A DNA stretch of 64,000 nucleotides from Azolla caroliniana (taxonomy: Eukaryota; Plantae; Polypodiophyta), in NCBI GenBank assembly GCA_043228905.1, contig JBHGNT010000006.1, positions 19,840,001-19,904,000 of the forward strand, in the 5' to 3' direction. Positions 48,960-62,100 of this stretch are shown here, in pieces. The first letter of the stretch is position 1. Each line of letters begins with the position of its first letter. The notes under the pieces are model-generated. The model saw only the letters and a list, made by a program, of their open reading frames with translations, was not told the DNA's origin and searched no databases. Position numbers and translations under genes: made by a program.

Positions 48960-51900
48960 TGTTGAAAACGAATGCTCGGCCACAACCGAGGAATAGGATC
49001 AACACTTGAAAACAGAAATACAGAATGCACGAGACTATAGAAAGAGAGAGTACACAGAATGTTTTACGTGGAAAACCCTAAATGGGAAAAAACCACGGGA
49101 GTTCTCAGACTCCAACCATCACTATGAACAGGGATATACAATGGTGAGGCTACAAGGCAACAACCTTGTGCTCACTGTCTTCGCCACAGGCGGCGGCAGT
49201 ACACAGAGGCAACGACCTCTTCGTCTCTCTCTCGGCTACTCACTTTTCTCTCTCTCTCTCAAAATGAGCAACAACATAAAACTGTTTGCCCTAAGTCATA
49301 TTTATACACATATGACTTTCGGGCTATTTACAAACATAGCCTCAAGGGCTCTTGGTAAACATATTCACAAATATGTCCCCGCATCCGGATCTCTCTCCGG
49401 GTACATTCGTCATCCGGCTCTGTAACCGGGGTCTTCATCATCCGGAGCCGTATCCGGGTACTCTTCATCCGGCTTCATGCCGGGTACTCTTCATCATCCG
49501 GTTCCGCATCCGGGTACTCTTCATCCGGCTCTGGTTCCGTAACAGTCTCCGGGCTTGCCGTCATTCATCTCCGGACATCCCATCCGGAGGGACCGAAATC
49601 CCAACAAACTCCCCCTTCACTTCGGCATGGGATGTCTCTCCAACCCGATCCTCTTCCGGCATGCTTCCAGCTTGTCGGGTGTGAGCACTTTGGTCAACAT
49701 ATCTGAGCCGTTCTCGTCCGTGTGGATCTTCGTCAGCACGAACTCCTGGTCTTCTATCCTTTCCCGGATCCAGTGATATCTTCGCTGGATGTGCTTCGTC
49801 CGGGAGTGGTAGGCCGCGTTCTTCGCAAGGTGGATGGCACTCTGACTGTCGCAGTAGAGTCGGTACTCCTCCTGCTGGATACCGAGCTCTCTAATGAAGT
49901 CCTTCATCCATATTATTTCCTTGCTGGCTTCAACAGCCGCCATGTACTCCGCCTCCGTGGTTGACAACGCAACCGTCTTCTGCAGCCTCGACTGCCACGA
50001 AACAGCTCCACCTGCATACGTCATCACATACCCTGATGTGGACCGGCTGGTATCTGCATCAGCCGACATATCCGAATCGGTAAAGCCGTCGAATTCGGGT
50101 TTACCGGAGCCGAATCGGAGGCACACGTTTGCCGTGCCCTTCAGGTATCGCAGTATCCACTTGACCGCCTTCCAGTGCTCTTTGCCGGGATTGCTCATGT
50201 ACCGGCTCACCACTCCAACTGCATATCCTATGTCCGGTCTTGTACACACCATTGCGTACATCAAGCTTCCGACGGCAGAGGCATATGGTACTGTCATCAT
50301 GTCCTCCTTCTCAGCCTTTGTCTTGGGGCTTTGCTTGCTGGACAACCTGCAGTTTGCCGGTAGGGTTGACCCGACCGGTCTTGCTTCCGACATGTTGAAC
50401 CGGTGAAGCACCTTTGTCACGTACTTCTCCTGTGACAGCCACAACTGCTTCTTCTTCCGGTCCCGGATGATGTGCATCCCTAGTATTTGCCTCGCCGGAC
50501 CCAGGTCCTTCATTGAGAAGGTTCGGTGAAGTGCCTTCTTCAGCATCCGTATCTTGACCTGGTCCCGTCCGACGATCAACATGTCGTCCACGTACAGGAG
50601 GAGTATTAGAGAGTCTCCTCCTTCGAACTTCTTCACAAACACGCAGTGATCAAACTGCGTTTTGTGGTACCCTTCGTCGGTCATGAAGGAGTCGAACTTC
50701 CGGTACCATTGCCGGGGAGCCTGCTTCAGTCCGTAAAGGCTCTTCTTCAACCGGCATACCAGGTGCTCCTTCCCTTTCTTCTCGAATCCTTCCGGTTGCT
50801 GCATGTAGATCTCTTCTTCGAGGTCACCGTGAAGGAATGCCGTCTTCACGTCCATCTGTTCTACCTCGAGGTCCATGCTTGCCGCTATGCTCAGCACCGT
50901 CCGGATGGAGGTCATCTTCACTACCGGGGCAAATATCTCGTCGAAGTCGACGCCCTTCTTCTGCTGGAACCCCTTCACCACGATCCTGGCTTTGTATCTC
51001 GGGGGGTTTCCGGCATCTCCCGGTTTCAGCTTGAACACCCACTTGTTTCGAAGTGCCCGCTTTCCTTTCGGCAACTCCACAAGTTCATATGTGTGGTTCT
51101 CATGCAGGGAATCCATCTCCTCTTGCATGGCACTTAACCACCTGCGGCTATGGGTGTCAAGCTTTGCTTCTTCAAAACTCTCCGGCTCCCCCTCGTCGGT
51201 CAGCAGCACGTGCTCAGGTTCCGGAAATCTCCGGGGGGCCCTTCTCTCTCTTAGAGGATATCTCCGTTCCGGAGCTTCGGTAACCGGCTCCTCCGTTTCC
51301 TCTTCATCCGAATCCATTTCGGGATCGGGGCCAGTTCCGGTATCAGTTTCATCTTCCTCGGCCGGTTCTGTTTCTTCACCGTCTTCGGCCGGATCCTCGA
51401 GTGCTAACCGGTCCCTTGCCGGTCGGGACTGCTCCTCGTAGAGTTTATCCTCACCGGTCGACTTGGAGCTCTTCATCTTCTTCTCCGACTCCCAGTCGGC
51501 GAGTGTCTTGTCCTCCATGAAGATGATATCTCGACTCCTGAATATCTTCTTGTCGACCGGCTCCCATACTCGGTAGCCGAACTCATCGTCGCCGTAACCG
51601 AGGAATATGCATGGCCGGGTCTTTGGATCCAACTTTCCTCTCCGGTCCTTTGCCACATGCACGTATGCGAGACACCCGAACACCTTCAGATGCCGGTAGG
51701 ACACTTCCTTACCGGTCCACACTTTCTGCGGCGTGTCTCCGTCCAAAGGTACTGAGGGTGATCTATTTATCACATACGTCGCCGTCGACATTGCCTCAGC
51801 CCAAAATCCCTTGGGTAATTTCGCATGCGCCAGCATACTCCGGACCCTCTCCATTATGGTCCGGTTCATCCTCTCGGCCAGCCCGTTCAGTTCCGGCGTC

Positions 51901-54368
51901 TTCGGCACAGTAAACTCGAGCCGGATTCCCTTCGAGCGACAGTACTCCTGGAACTGCCCCCGGTATTCCCCTCCGTTATCCGCTCGTATCGCTTTCAGCT
52001 TCTTGCCGGATTCCCTTTCCACTCTCGCGTGGAGTTCTTTGAAGACGGACAATACTTGGTCCTTTGTCTTCAACGGTGCCGTCCACAACTTCCGGCTATG
52101 GTCATCTATGAATGTTACGAAGTATTGGGCTCCGCCATGTGACTTCGTTTCTACCTGACACACATCAGTGTGCACCAACTCCAGTGGTACACTACGTCTC
52201 GTCGGTGGCCTTGAGTGGAAGGAGGTCCGGTTTTGCTTACCGGCCAGGCAATCGGTGCACTTCTCCAGGTGCACATGCTTCACTGGAATGAGGTTGTCTT
52301 CTGCAAGCCTCTTCATCCCCTTCTCACTCATGTGGCACAGTCTCTTGTGCCACAGCTCACCGGCAGTGTCGGCTGCCACGTTCAGCTCCTCCGGACATAG
52401 CCGGGAATTCATCAGGTACAGTGTGTTGACCTTCCGGGCCCGAGCCACTATCAGGCTCCCCTTGCTGAACTTCATGACACCGTTCCGGATGCTACCCGTG
52501 TAGCCTTCATCATCTAGCCTCCCGGCCGAGATCAGGTTCAATCGGACCTCCGGAACGTGTCGAACATCCTTCAGCAGCATCTTGCATCCGGTTGATGTCA
52601 TCAGCCACACGTCTCCTATGCCGGCTATCCGGCACGTACCTTCATTTCCCATCCGGACACAGCCGTGCTCACCGGCTGTGTAGGATGAGAAGTATTTCTT
52701 CTCCGGGGTCAGGTGGAACGACGCTCCGGAATCAACCACCCAGGTCGTCTCGTCGCCGACAACGTTTAGTTCACCTTCTTCGGTGATGAGCATGATTTCT
52801 TCTTCACTTGCCGCGAGTGCCGTCGTTCCTTTCCGGTCCTGCCCTCGCCGATCCGGACCTCTCCGGTCCGTGGCTCCCCGGTATGCACCGTTTCTCTCCG
52901 GTGACTTCTTCAAATCGGTGTCGTCGACTCCGTTTTCCTTTCGGTAATGCCGACAATTCTTCCGGAAGTGCCCCGGCTTCCCACAGTGGAAGCATGTGGG
53001 TCTTCCTCTTGACTGCGACCGGGTCCCCGACTTCTCCCGTCTTTGCGGAGTCCGGTTCCATTGTCTTCCCCGTTCCGATTCGATAAGCAGCGCCTTTGGG
53101 TCGGAGGCCGGTTCCTTATCTCTCCGACGCGCTTCTTCGTTCAAAATACTTGTCTTTACCGTTTGTAGGGACAAGTTATCTTCCGTGCAGGAGGTGCTGA
53201 GAGTCACCACCAAGTTCTCCCAGCTGTCCGGCAATGTACACATCAGGATGATGGCTTGCATTGCATCCTCCAACGGGAACTTGATCGCCGCAAGCTGGTT
53301 CACGAATCCCATGAACGTGCTCACGTGTTCCACCATATTCTCGCCGTCCCGGTACTTGAGGTTCACTATCTTCCTCATCAGGGAGGTCCGGTTCAACGCA
53401 TTCTTCCTCTCATAGAGGCCCGACAGCTTCTTCCACATCTCATATGCGTTCGTATCGTTCGCCACATGTTGCAGGACACTTACATCGACATATTGCCGGA
53501 TCGTCGCTACGGCTTTCCGGTTCAGGAGCTTCCACTCCGACTCTATTACCCCCTTGGGTATCTCGGCATTGTCGATCGGTTCGTACAGGTCTCGGACGAT
53601 GAGAAGGTCCTCCATCTTTATCTTCCAGTCGGCGTAGTTCTGTGAGTTCAACACCATCATGCCCGGAGGCCCACTACCGCCGCCTTCCATTTTCTGTGTT
53701 ACCGTCGCTCTGATACCACTTTGTTGAAAACGAATGCTCGGCCACAACCGAGGAATAGGATCAACACTTGAAAACAGAAATACAGAATGCACGAGACTAT
53801 AGAAAGAGAGAGTACACAGAATGTTTTACGTGGAAAACCCTAAATGGGAAAAAACCACGGGAGTTCTCAGACTCCAACCATCACTATGAACAGGGATATA
53901 CAATGGTGAGGCTACAAGGCAACAACCTTGTGCTCACTGTCTTCGCCACAGGCGGCGGCAGTACACAGAGGCAACGACCTCTTCGTCTCTCTCTCGGCTA
54001 CTCACTTTTCTCTCTCTCTCTCAAAATGAGCAACAACATAAAACTGTTTGCCCTAAGTCATATTTATACACATATGACTTTCGGGCTATTTACAAACATA
54101 GCCTCAAGGGCTCTTGGTAAACATATTCACAAATATGTCCCCGCATCCGGATCTCTCTCCGGGTACATTCGTCATCCGGCTCTGTAACCGGGGTCTTCAT
54201 CATCCGGAGCCGTATCCGGGTACTCTTCATCCGGCTTCATGCCGGGTACTCTTCATCATCCGGTTCCGCATCCGGGTACTCTTCATCCGGCTCTGGTTCC
54301 GTAACAGTCTCCGGGCTTGCCGTCATTCATCTCCGGACATCCCATCCGGAGGGACCGAAATCCCAACA
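48960..54368 (-). mobile_element. Intact, very young Ty1/Copia (element F, sister of E)
   Basis: 647-bp LTRs 48960-49606 and 53722-54368 with no difference seen; TSD AATAC (48955-48959, 54369-54373); iMet PBS 53707-53718; PPT; intact ORF. Confidence 0.97.
49617..53690 (-). CDS. Copia Gag-Pol polyprotein (1357 aa from MEGGG, intact)
   Basis: Same domain set as, and near identity to, 33142-37215; the track extension to 53792 lies in the LTR/PBS. Confidence 0.96.
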   Translation of the reverse strand: MEGGGSGPPGMMVLNSQNYADWKIKMEDLLIVRDLYEPIDNAEIPKGVIESEWKLLNRKAVATIRQYVDVSVLQHVANDTNAYEMWKKLSGLYERKNALNRTSLMRKIVNLKYRDGENMVEHVSTFMGFVNQLAAIKFPLEDAMQAIILMCTLPDSWENLVVTLSTSCTEDNLSLQTVKTSILNEEARRRDKEPASDPKALLIESERGRQWNRTPQRREKSGTRSQSRGRPTCFHCGKPGHFRKNCRHYRKENGVDDTDLKKSPERNGAYRGATDRRGPDRRGQDRKGTTALAASEEEIMLITEEGELNVVGDETTWVVDSGASFHLTPEKKYFSSYTAGEHGCVRMGNEGTCRIAGIGDVWLMTSTGCKMLLKDVRHVPEVRLNLISAGRLDDEGYTGSIRNGVMKFSKGSLIVARARKVNTLYLMNSRLCPEELNVAADTAGELWHKRLCHMSEKGMKRLAEDNLIPVKHVHLEKCTDCLAGKQNRTSFHSRPPTRRSVPLELVHTDVCQVETKSHGGAQYFVTFIDDHSRKLWTAPLKTKDQVLSVFKELHARVERESGKKLKAIRADNGGEYRGQFQEYCRSKGIRLEFTVPKTPELNGLAERMNRTIMERVRSMLAHAKLPKGFWAEAMSTATYVINRSPSVPLDGDTPQKVWTGKEVSYRHLKVFGCLAYVHVAKDRRGKLDPKTRPCIFLGYGDDEFGYRVWEPVDKKIFRSRDIIFMEDKTLADWESEKKMKSSKSTGEDKLYEEQSRPARDRLALEDPAEDGEETEPAEEDETDTGTGPDPEMDSDEEETEEPVTEAPERRYPLRERRAPRRFPEPEHVLLTDEGEPESFEEAKLDTHSRRWLSAMQEEMDSLHENHTYELVELPKGKRALRNKWVFKLKPGDAGNPPRYKARIVVKGFQQKKGVDFDEIFAPVVKMTSIRTVLSIAASMDLEVEQMDVKTAFLHGDLEEEIYMQQPEGFEKKGKEHLVCRLKKSLYGLKQAPRQWYRKFDSFMTDEGYHKTQFDHCVFVKKFEGGDSLILLLYVDDMLIVGRDQVKIRMLKKALHRTFSMKDLGPARQILGMHIIRDRKKKQLWLSQEKYVTKVLHRFNMSEARPVGSTLPANCRLSSKQSPKTKAEKEDMMTVPYASAVGSLMYAMVCTRPDIGYAVGVVSRYMSNPGKEHWKAVKWILRYLKGTANVCLRFGSGKPEFDGFTDSDMSADADTSRSTSGYVMTYAGGAVSWQSRLQKTVALSTTEAEYMAAVEASKEIIWMKDFIRELGIQQEEYRLYCDSQSAIHLAKNAAYHSRTKHIQRRYHWIRERIEDQEFVLTKIHTDENGSDMLTKVLTPDKLEACRKRIGLERHPMPK

Positions 54369-55538
54369 AATACGACCTTACCGTTCGTGCTCCCTTACCA
54401 AAAGTATCAATTGGAGGGCAAAGTAAATTGAATGTGTAGTCCACATGCATCGCATGGGGACTAGCCATTGAGGACAATGTTACCATGTTGGTACACCTCC
54501 AAAAGTGCCAACATACATATCATTCATATGTTTTGTTATGGTATATCGCACTTCATCAATGTGTGTGGAGGATTGCTCACCAAATATCCCTGAAGAGTGG
54601 ACAAAATAGACACGTAAGTTTGGTACTCTATTACATCTACAAATGTATAAATGAAAGTATATGTTATGGTAGTAGTTAATTAGTACATAACAAAGTTCGT
54701 AGTAGAGTTGTAGCTAATTAACTTGAAGTTGGAACAGTCCTCTAACCGCTAAATAGCAAAGTCCGTTGTCGTGAAGGATTCCTACCATATGAGGAAACAA
54801 AGTCGGATGCGTGAGAACGCGGGTGTGCACAAGTGCACGTCTTTTGTACAATATGTAAATAGCATAATAATGATAGGGTTTTGGTGATTACTATGAAAGA
54901 ACTATTCGATAGGTACTTTAATACCACACGGATGGAGAAGAATAAAGAGGATTGATGGGAGAGAATCGAGGGGAGATTTGTGAGAAAATCGGTTATGATA
55001 AAGACGATGTAATGGCCTTCCCTTGTGCTATAAAAGGGGAGGCCTTGAACTGTTTTGGGGATCCAAGATTTGGGAGAACAAAGCCCTGCCCATTTGAGTG
55101 CCAAAGTTCTCTCTCCTCTCTCTGTACCGTGCTCTCTACTGCGGAACAAGAAGGTGAATCCTCTGCTCGCGCTGGAAGTCCGCGTGCTCCCGAGTAGAGG
55201 ATCATCACTCTATGTGTGTGTGCGTCTATTGAGCTAAGAGAGAGCTCCTTCCCCGGCTGCGCCCGGTTGTACTCATTGTGTGTTCTACACCTAATCGAAC
55301 CGAGACTCGTTGTTCTGACTCTATGTTCTTTTCTTATGTTTTTCGTTCTATTTTGTTCTATTTTGTTCTGTGTCTGTTTGTGTCCAAGCAACGTTAGGAT
55401 CTCTCAAGGTCGCATGCAAGTGGAGACAGTCGGTTGGCTCCACTTCCCTTTTTCTTCCTCTGTGTTCAACTCCTTGCTTCAAGACCCTCGTGGTCCTGCC
55501 CCATTTCTATCCATACGCGCGGAAAAGTGTGACATCTT

Positions 55539-55556
55539 TGGTGAACCCGACGTGAA
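55539..55556 (+). promoter_or_regulatory. Primer-binding site complementary to tRNA-Trp
   Basis: TGGTGAACCCGACGTGAA, identical to the G1 PBS, 4 nt after the LTR end. Confidence 0.82.
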
Positions 55557-56130
55557 AGGGGGTGGCAGAGGAGTTCGAAGATGAGTGGAAGTGAACTCAC
55601 TGAAGCAATGACGGTGGCTGTAGACCACCTAGTTAACGCTCGCGAGGGCACGAGCACCCTTGATAGGGCCATTGAAACGATGGTCGACAAGATATGCCGA
55701 TTTAATGGGAAAGACGCAACAAGCTACCTGGAGGCCTACAGGGCGGAGATGTTGATGAGGAATATTCCCAAGGATAGATGGTTGTCTGGATTCCCTCGGG
55801 TCGTAATGCCGAGCATCCATGCGGAGGTGCTCAAAGTGCAAGCGGACTGTCGTAATTGGGCAGACTTCGAAGGGTGGCTGCTCGAGAAGTACGGCTTCGA
55901 TGATTTTCTCCAGCTATCAAAGAAATATTTCATGGATTGGGTCAAGAGCCCCGGCAAAGGCCGGAACACATCGGCGCTCCTTTAGGATTTCGAGTCGTGA
56001 TTCACGCAACTCTCAACACTGGACCGGACCATGCTTGATATGAGCAAGGTTCTGATGTTTGTTAAGTCTGTCGACTTGCTCGATCGCGATAACGTTGGTC
56101 TCCTCTTGGAGACGGACGAAGGGCTCACGA

Positions 56131-57020
56131 TGTCGTGAAAATACGACAAAGACACATGAACTTGAGGCAGGACCCTAGGGCCTCCGACCAAAGGATACCA
56201 AATTCGTGCGTTTGTATTAAAAAATTAACGAAAATGAGAAAGTTTGGTAAATTTCATCAGCAAAGAAAAAGAAAAATTACAATCTATCCCAAGATTGGGA
56301 TTTTAGAAGTTTAGGCTTAAAGAGATTAATAGATAAGAAAAATTAGAGTTTTTGAGAGATATGGCTTCCGTAAGGAAAATTAGGGTTTATGCGAGAGATG
56401 GCTTCGATAAGAAAAAAGAATAGGGTTAGCCTTTTTCATGATAGCTTTTTCCTTCCCTTCGTCTCTCTCCTTTTCTCACCCAGTTGCATCCGTCCACACA
56501 TGACATTTACTTTAATTGCATGGCCTCTACGTTCAGTTGCATGCGTCCACACATGACCTTTACTTTAGTTGCATAGGCTCTACGTTCAGTTGCATGTATC
56601 CACACATGACCTTTACTTTAATTGCATGGCCTCTACATTCAATTGCATGCGTCCACACATGACCGTTACTTTAGTTGCATAGCCTCTACGTTCAGTTGCA
56701 TACGTCCACACATGACCGTTACTTTAGTTAAAAAACATAAAGTTCGGCCCGTGCATGATCCGTACGATCGTCCCGACCGATCCGTGTGTCCCGACCGACC
56801 CGTGATCGACCCGTGCGTCGCGACCGATCCATGCGTCCCGTTCCGGACGTTCCAAAACCGTTTCGAGCAATTCATCCACACTCGTCTATCTAGGTAGTTC
56901 GACCCAAATCACCTTGATTGTTTTGTGCTCCAAACACACAGATATGAAGTAATAGGTTCTAGGTCTTCTCATATATTGTTGGATCCGATGTTTTTCATAT
57001 CGTGTGTGAAGAATCACACA
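56131..57020. mobile_element. Solo LTR (Gypsy lineage) in G2 gag
   Basis: TGTCGTGAA...CACACA termini; 4-bp TSD ACGA/ACGG; removal rejoins the gag GLT-x-DWA segment. Confidence 0.75.
56481..56728. repeat. 53-bp tandem repeat, about 4.7 units, inside the solo LTR
   Basis: Unit CAGTTGCATGCGTCCACACATGACCTTTACTTTAGTTGCATAGGCTCTACGTT at 56481, 56534, 56587, 56640 and 56693. Confidence 0.88.
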
Positions 57021-59100
57021 ACGGTTGATTGGGCCGCAGTTAAAGGACTATGCAGTCATATCGACAAACGACGAAAACTAGAAAACGTGAGGCCATCGAC
57101 AGTTGGTCCAACTGCGGACACAAGGGCTAAGTTGGCGCCGACCCGGACGGAGGAAACGAGAAGGTGGCTCAAGTCGAGCCAAGTTCCGACCACCATGGTC
57201 GTGGGACTGTCCGGAGGCATGGTTCTAAAGGAGCTGATGAAGATGGTGCGCGATCTCCAGATTGCTCAGGCCCGAAGGGACGGCGGAGGTCAATCGTGTG
57301 ACCGACAGACGCCAGTTAACCAATGGTGTATATGGTGTGATCTCATTGGCCACGCCCGAAGAGATTGCGCCGACTTCGGCGAAGCGCTTAGGAGTAACGT
57401 GGTGTACTTTTGGAATGGTCGGGTGTAGACAAGCGACACCCGAAGGCCGCTCGAAGTAAACACCAAACGAGGTGGCATGAAGAGGATAATGGAGGAGGCA
57501 GCGACGCGTCATGTCGAGGTCATTCAATACTCGGCCTCGGTTGGCATCCGTATGGGCGGAGAAAAAACCACTGGCTCCGGGGCTAACTCCGGATTTTGGT
57601 CGGTAGTACTAGAGGGTTTCCCTAGAAAGAAGCTGAAGGAGGAAGTGAACCGCACTGAGAGGTGGGTTCATGACGTCACCGGATGAAGCGATCCGGTTGA
57701 GGAGAAGACCGGCTTCGTAGAAGCCGCGTGCCAGAACTACGAAGTTTTGGTCGATGACAAGTGGGCCGAAAAGGCCGGAGGGGCAGGTGAGGTATGACAC
57801 CCGAAGCGGACCCAAGAGAAGTGATTCACAAGAGAAAGAAAAGGGGAAGTTTCCGAGCTTCCGATTAAGCTCGGAGATAAAGAAAATGACGGACCTAGAG
57901 GAGCGAATCCTCGATAATCGCATGGAACTCACGTTGTGGGAAGTGCTAGGAATAGCAAAGAAAGAGTTCCACGACGGCATCGTCGATCTCGTAAAGAGAA
58001 AATGGCTCGTGATAGAGCTACAACCGGAGAAACTGGTCGAAGTAAGGACGGCACTACTCGACGAGATGGCAATGGAAGATGCGTTTACCGAGAGCCACTA
58101 CATGAAGCCACATTGGGCGAGAGCAACAACGGAGACCCCGGTTCGGATCCGGTGGAACCGGTGGTGGCATTGATCGACCATGGGTCAGAAATTAACCTAA
58201 TATCCATGGACTTTTATAAGAAGGGAAAATGGCCGATTAACACCAACCATGAGTGGAAGATACGTGCGGTTGGGCGAGCCACAGAGGAGCTGCACAGAGC
58301 GTGCCCAAATGTCCGTGTAAGGGTCGGCGACATCGAGATAGACCATCACTTTTTTGTGCAAGAAACATCCTTCCGGTCATCCTCAGCGAACCCTACATCA
58401 AAGCAGCTTGAATGGAGACCAAGGTGTTGGACAACAGCTTTGCATACACGAGGGTGAAGAGCAAGGACAGACGACACTCCGTCCAATTTCTGACGGTCCA
58501 CCCAAACCATGAGCATAATCGGGATACTCTCAGCAACGATAGCCGAGAGGATTGGGGCTATCAAGGCGTGGGGCCACGATAGTTCCCACAACCAGAACAA
58601 ACCCCACACCTGTACCATAGGTAGGAAATTTTGGATCTCCATTAATGGAGGTTGTACCATAACCGGCATCCACGACCGAGAGAAGAGGCATGTCGAATGA
58701 CGCTTGAGGGCATGCAGTGCCTTGGGCCCCGATGACGAGATCGGTGGTGTTGTGGAGGCGGTTTCATTCTATGACATCCTTGGAGAAATCGCGAGGGTAG
58801 CCAAAGAGGATCTGAGTGAAGATCGGATGATTTTGGTCAATTCAGTGGAGATGTACGAAGTCATCACAGACTTTGGGATGATGTTCGGGTCGGATCGGAC
58901 GGCCCGAGTTGACACCAAGTACAAGATTGTGGACCGGAAGGTGAGACTAGTCACGGCTCCCTTGCCGGAGGACAGTTGGGAACGGATGAAAGGGGTCGCG
59001 ACAGACCTGAGTTTACGAATCCGGCTGGCATAGGACACCGGTTCACCGACGAGACGTTGCGGAAGCTCAAGATCGGTGGGGCTAGCTTCTTACTGCCCGT

Positions 59101-62100
59101 TGTCGTGTTGTTCCGCTTGCGCATGAGAGACTAAGGCAGAATTGCAAGGGCCTTGAACCGAGGAATAACCGAATAGAGGGAGGAGTGACGCAGGAACAAT
59201 GGCCGAGCCACACACACACTCAAATACACATAGCTCGCAACTGATGCGACAACGGAAAAAAAACAAGATGAATATATATATATATATATGATTAGGGTTA
59301 CAAGCGGTAGGCCAGTGAGCGACAACGCTCTAACACTCACACACACACAGAGAAACGCGAGATGGAGACTCTGCCGGAAGCACTCAGGCTTTCCACGAAG
59401 CAGAGGCAACCTCCCGAAAACCTGCAGAGCGCAACAGTAGAGGAAGACAGAGGAGAAGGGCTTGGTCCCGGTTCGACAGCACTTCATCCTCGACAGAACG
59501 CGATACCGACTCCGCCCCTATCCCTCTCTTATATAGCCCAAGGAAGGAAAGACGGTAGAACCAATCACACCACCATTATTCTCTATCCTTTCGGACAGAG
59601 ATACTCCTCGATTTCCTACCTAATAAATACGTGTTACCTAGGATATTCGCATCGGCCGGTCTGTACCTAACTATGTACAATATATCAAACTTTGTGCCCG
59701 CGTGCAAGGGCTAGTTCACGCACAATATTCCCGGATTCCGCCTCGGGACGATTTACTTCTCGACATCCGCCCCCATCAAACCACGCATCCACCGGTATGC
59801 GCCAACTAGACCTTAGCCGGAGAAACCGGCCCGTTCTCATCATTCGTTCTCCAAATCGTTGTCCTTCCCGATCCGGTCATCACTGTCATCCACGCTCTCT
59901 GGGTCCGGTTCGTCCTCATGCCGCTTCTTGAATGCCTTGATCCTCTTCCCGGACATCGGCACGGCTATCCTTGTTTCGTCGAGCTCCACGAGATGGTAGG
60001 TGCCGTTGTTGTTTGCGCTTGTGATTGCGTAAGGCCCGAACCACCTCCTCGCAAATTTCCGCATCGCCTTGTGCTAGTTGTCGAGGCTGCTATCGTAGAC
60101 CAGAACCCATTCACCTTCCTCGATTTTCTTCAGTTGCAGTCGGTGAGTCCGGTTGAATCATCCCTTGTTCCTTGCCCTCGCCGTACGCAGCTTCGTCATT
60201 GCTTGTTCCACGTCCTCCAGTCTTCGCTCAAGCTGTCGAATTCGTGCCGCTAACAGCTCCTCCCGGCTCATCTCATCTCTCCAGCCCACCGCGGCCCACG
60301 AGGAGATCGTTCGCTCCATCGGCATGATCAGCTTTTGCCCGTACATCAGCTCTGTCGGCATGAACCCGGTTACCGAACTGTGCGTAGCTCGGTCCACCCA
60401 CAACGCATAAGGCAGGAGCTATGCCCAATTTCCGACTTGGCCTCCACATGCCCGTACTATCGCTTTTACGATTGGCCCGTGCCCGCACTCCACCTTCCCG
60501 TTCGCCCCCGGATTGTACGCCATGGTGAGTGAGAGTTTAACCCCCAACCGATCAAACAGCTCTTCGGCCTCATGCGCGTCCAGTTCTCCCTGATCAGCTA
60601 TGATCTTCCCTACGCACCCGTACCGGCATACCACCTCTTCGATTAGGAACCAACACATGACCGCGGTCATTTTGTTCTGTAATGCGCGGCCCTCCACCTA
60701 GTTCGTCAGGTCCTCTCGTGCTAGCACAAGGTATCGCACCTGCCCTACTCCCATCGGCATCGTCACCATATCCACCATCCACTTGAAGTGGACGGTCGGC
60801 GAGTAAGTCCGGTGCAGATTGTCCCGATGTCGGATTATGGAGTGCATCTGGCAGCTTTCACAAGTCGTCACGAACTTATGCACGTCCCGGTATAGTCCCG
60901 GCCACTAGTACTTCTCCTCCAACTTCTTGAACATGGCCCATGTCCCGCGATGTTCGGCCCAAGGACTCCCATGGTACGCTGTCACCAATGCCTCCTGCTC
61001 TTCCTTCCTTGCCACTACCCGGAGTGGGACATCGTCTCGCTTCTTCACCCGGCCGCTAATGTCGGTTAATGTATAGCCTCCGTTTTCGGAGAACCAGAAT
61101 TTCATGTCTACAGTATAGGGTTTCCTTCCTATGGTACACTTGTGGGGTTTTTCTAGGGTGTCCGAACTATCGCATCCCCACGCCATGATAGCCCTCTCTA
61201 AAACTCCCCTTGACCTTCGCCGCCGAGGGTCTCGCGGTTGCGTTCGTGGTTCGTCCCCACCGTTAGAAATTGGACGGAGTACCGCCCATCTTGGCTCTTC
61301 ACTCGGGCATATGTTGAACCGTTATCTAGCACCTTCGTCTCCATGCGTGCCACCATGATGTACGGTTCGCCAAGGATCACCGGGTGTGAGGATGTCTCCT
61401 GCACAAAGAAGTGTTGATCAATCTCAACATCGCCATTCTTCACTCGTACATTTGGGCAGTCCCCGTGTAGTTCCTCCGTGGCGCGCGTCGCCACTCATAT
61501 TTTCCACCCGTGCTTGGTGTTGATCAGTAAACCCTTCTTGTAGAAGTCCATGGACATCAGATTGATCTCCGAACCGTGGTCTACCAACGCCACCACCAAC
61601 TTCTGGACGTCTCCGATCCGAACGGGGGTCTCCGTAGTGGCTCTAGCCCAATGCAGCCTCGAATAGTGGCTTTCCGCCAACTCGTCCTCCAGGGCCATAT
61701 CTTCCAGGTGCGTCGTTCGCACCTCCACCGGCTTCTCCGGCTCCGGCTCAGTCGAAAGTCATTTCCGCTTCACCAAGTCCACGATGGAGTCGTGGAACTC
61801 CTTCTTGGCGATCCTGAGCACTTCCCTTAACAACAGCTCCACCTTGTTGTCGAGGATTCGTTCCTCCAGGACCTTTCGTAGATTCGTCGTCCTTTCTATC
61901 TCGGTGCTCAGCTGGTAACCGACCTTCTTTGTCTTGTCCGGTGCGCCAATGGTATCGGCGTCATTCTGCTTCGACCTGAACCGGGTCTCGTACCACTGCG
62001 TGGGTCCGGCCCCTCCGGCTTTTACCAAAACCTCGTAGTTCTGGCACACGGCTTCCACAAAGCTGGTCTTTTCCTTGACCAGGTCGTACCACCCAGTGAC

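Noticed and set aside
49617-53792. 1391-aa start given by the ORF track
   Set aside because: The extra 34 codons lie in the LTR/PBS and start at a non-ATG codon; sister element E starts at MEGGG.
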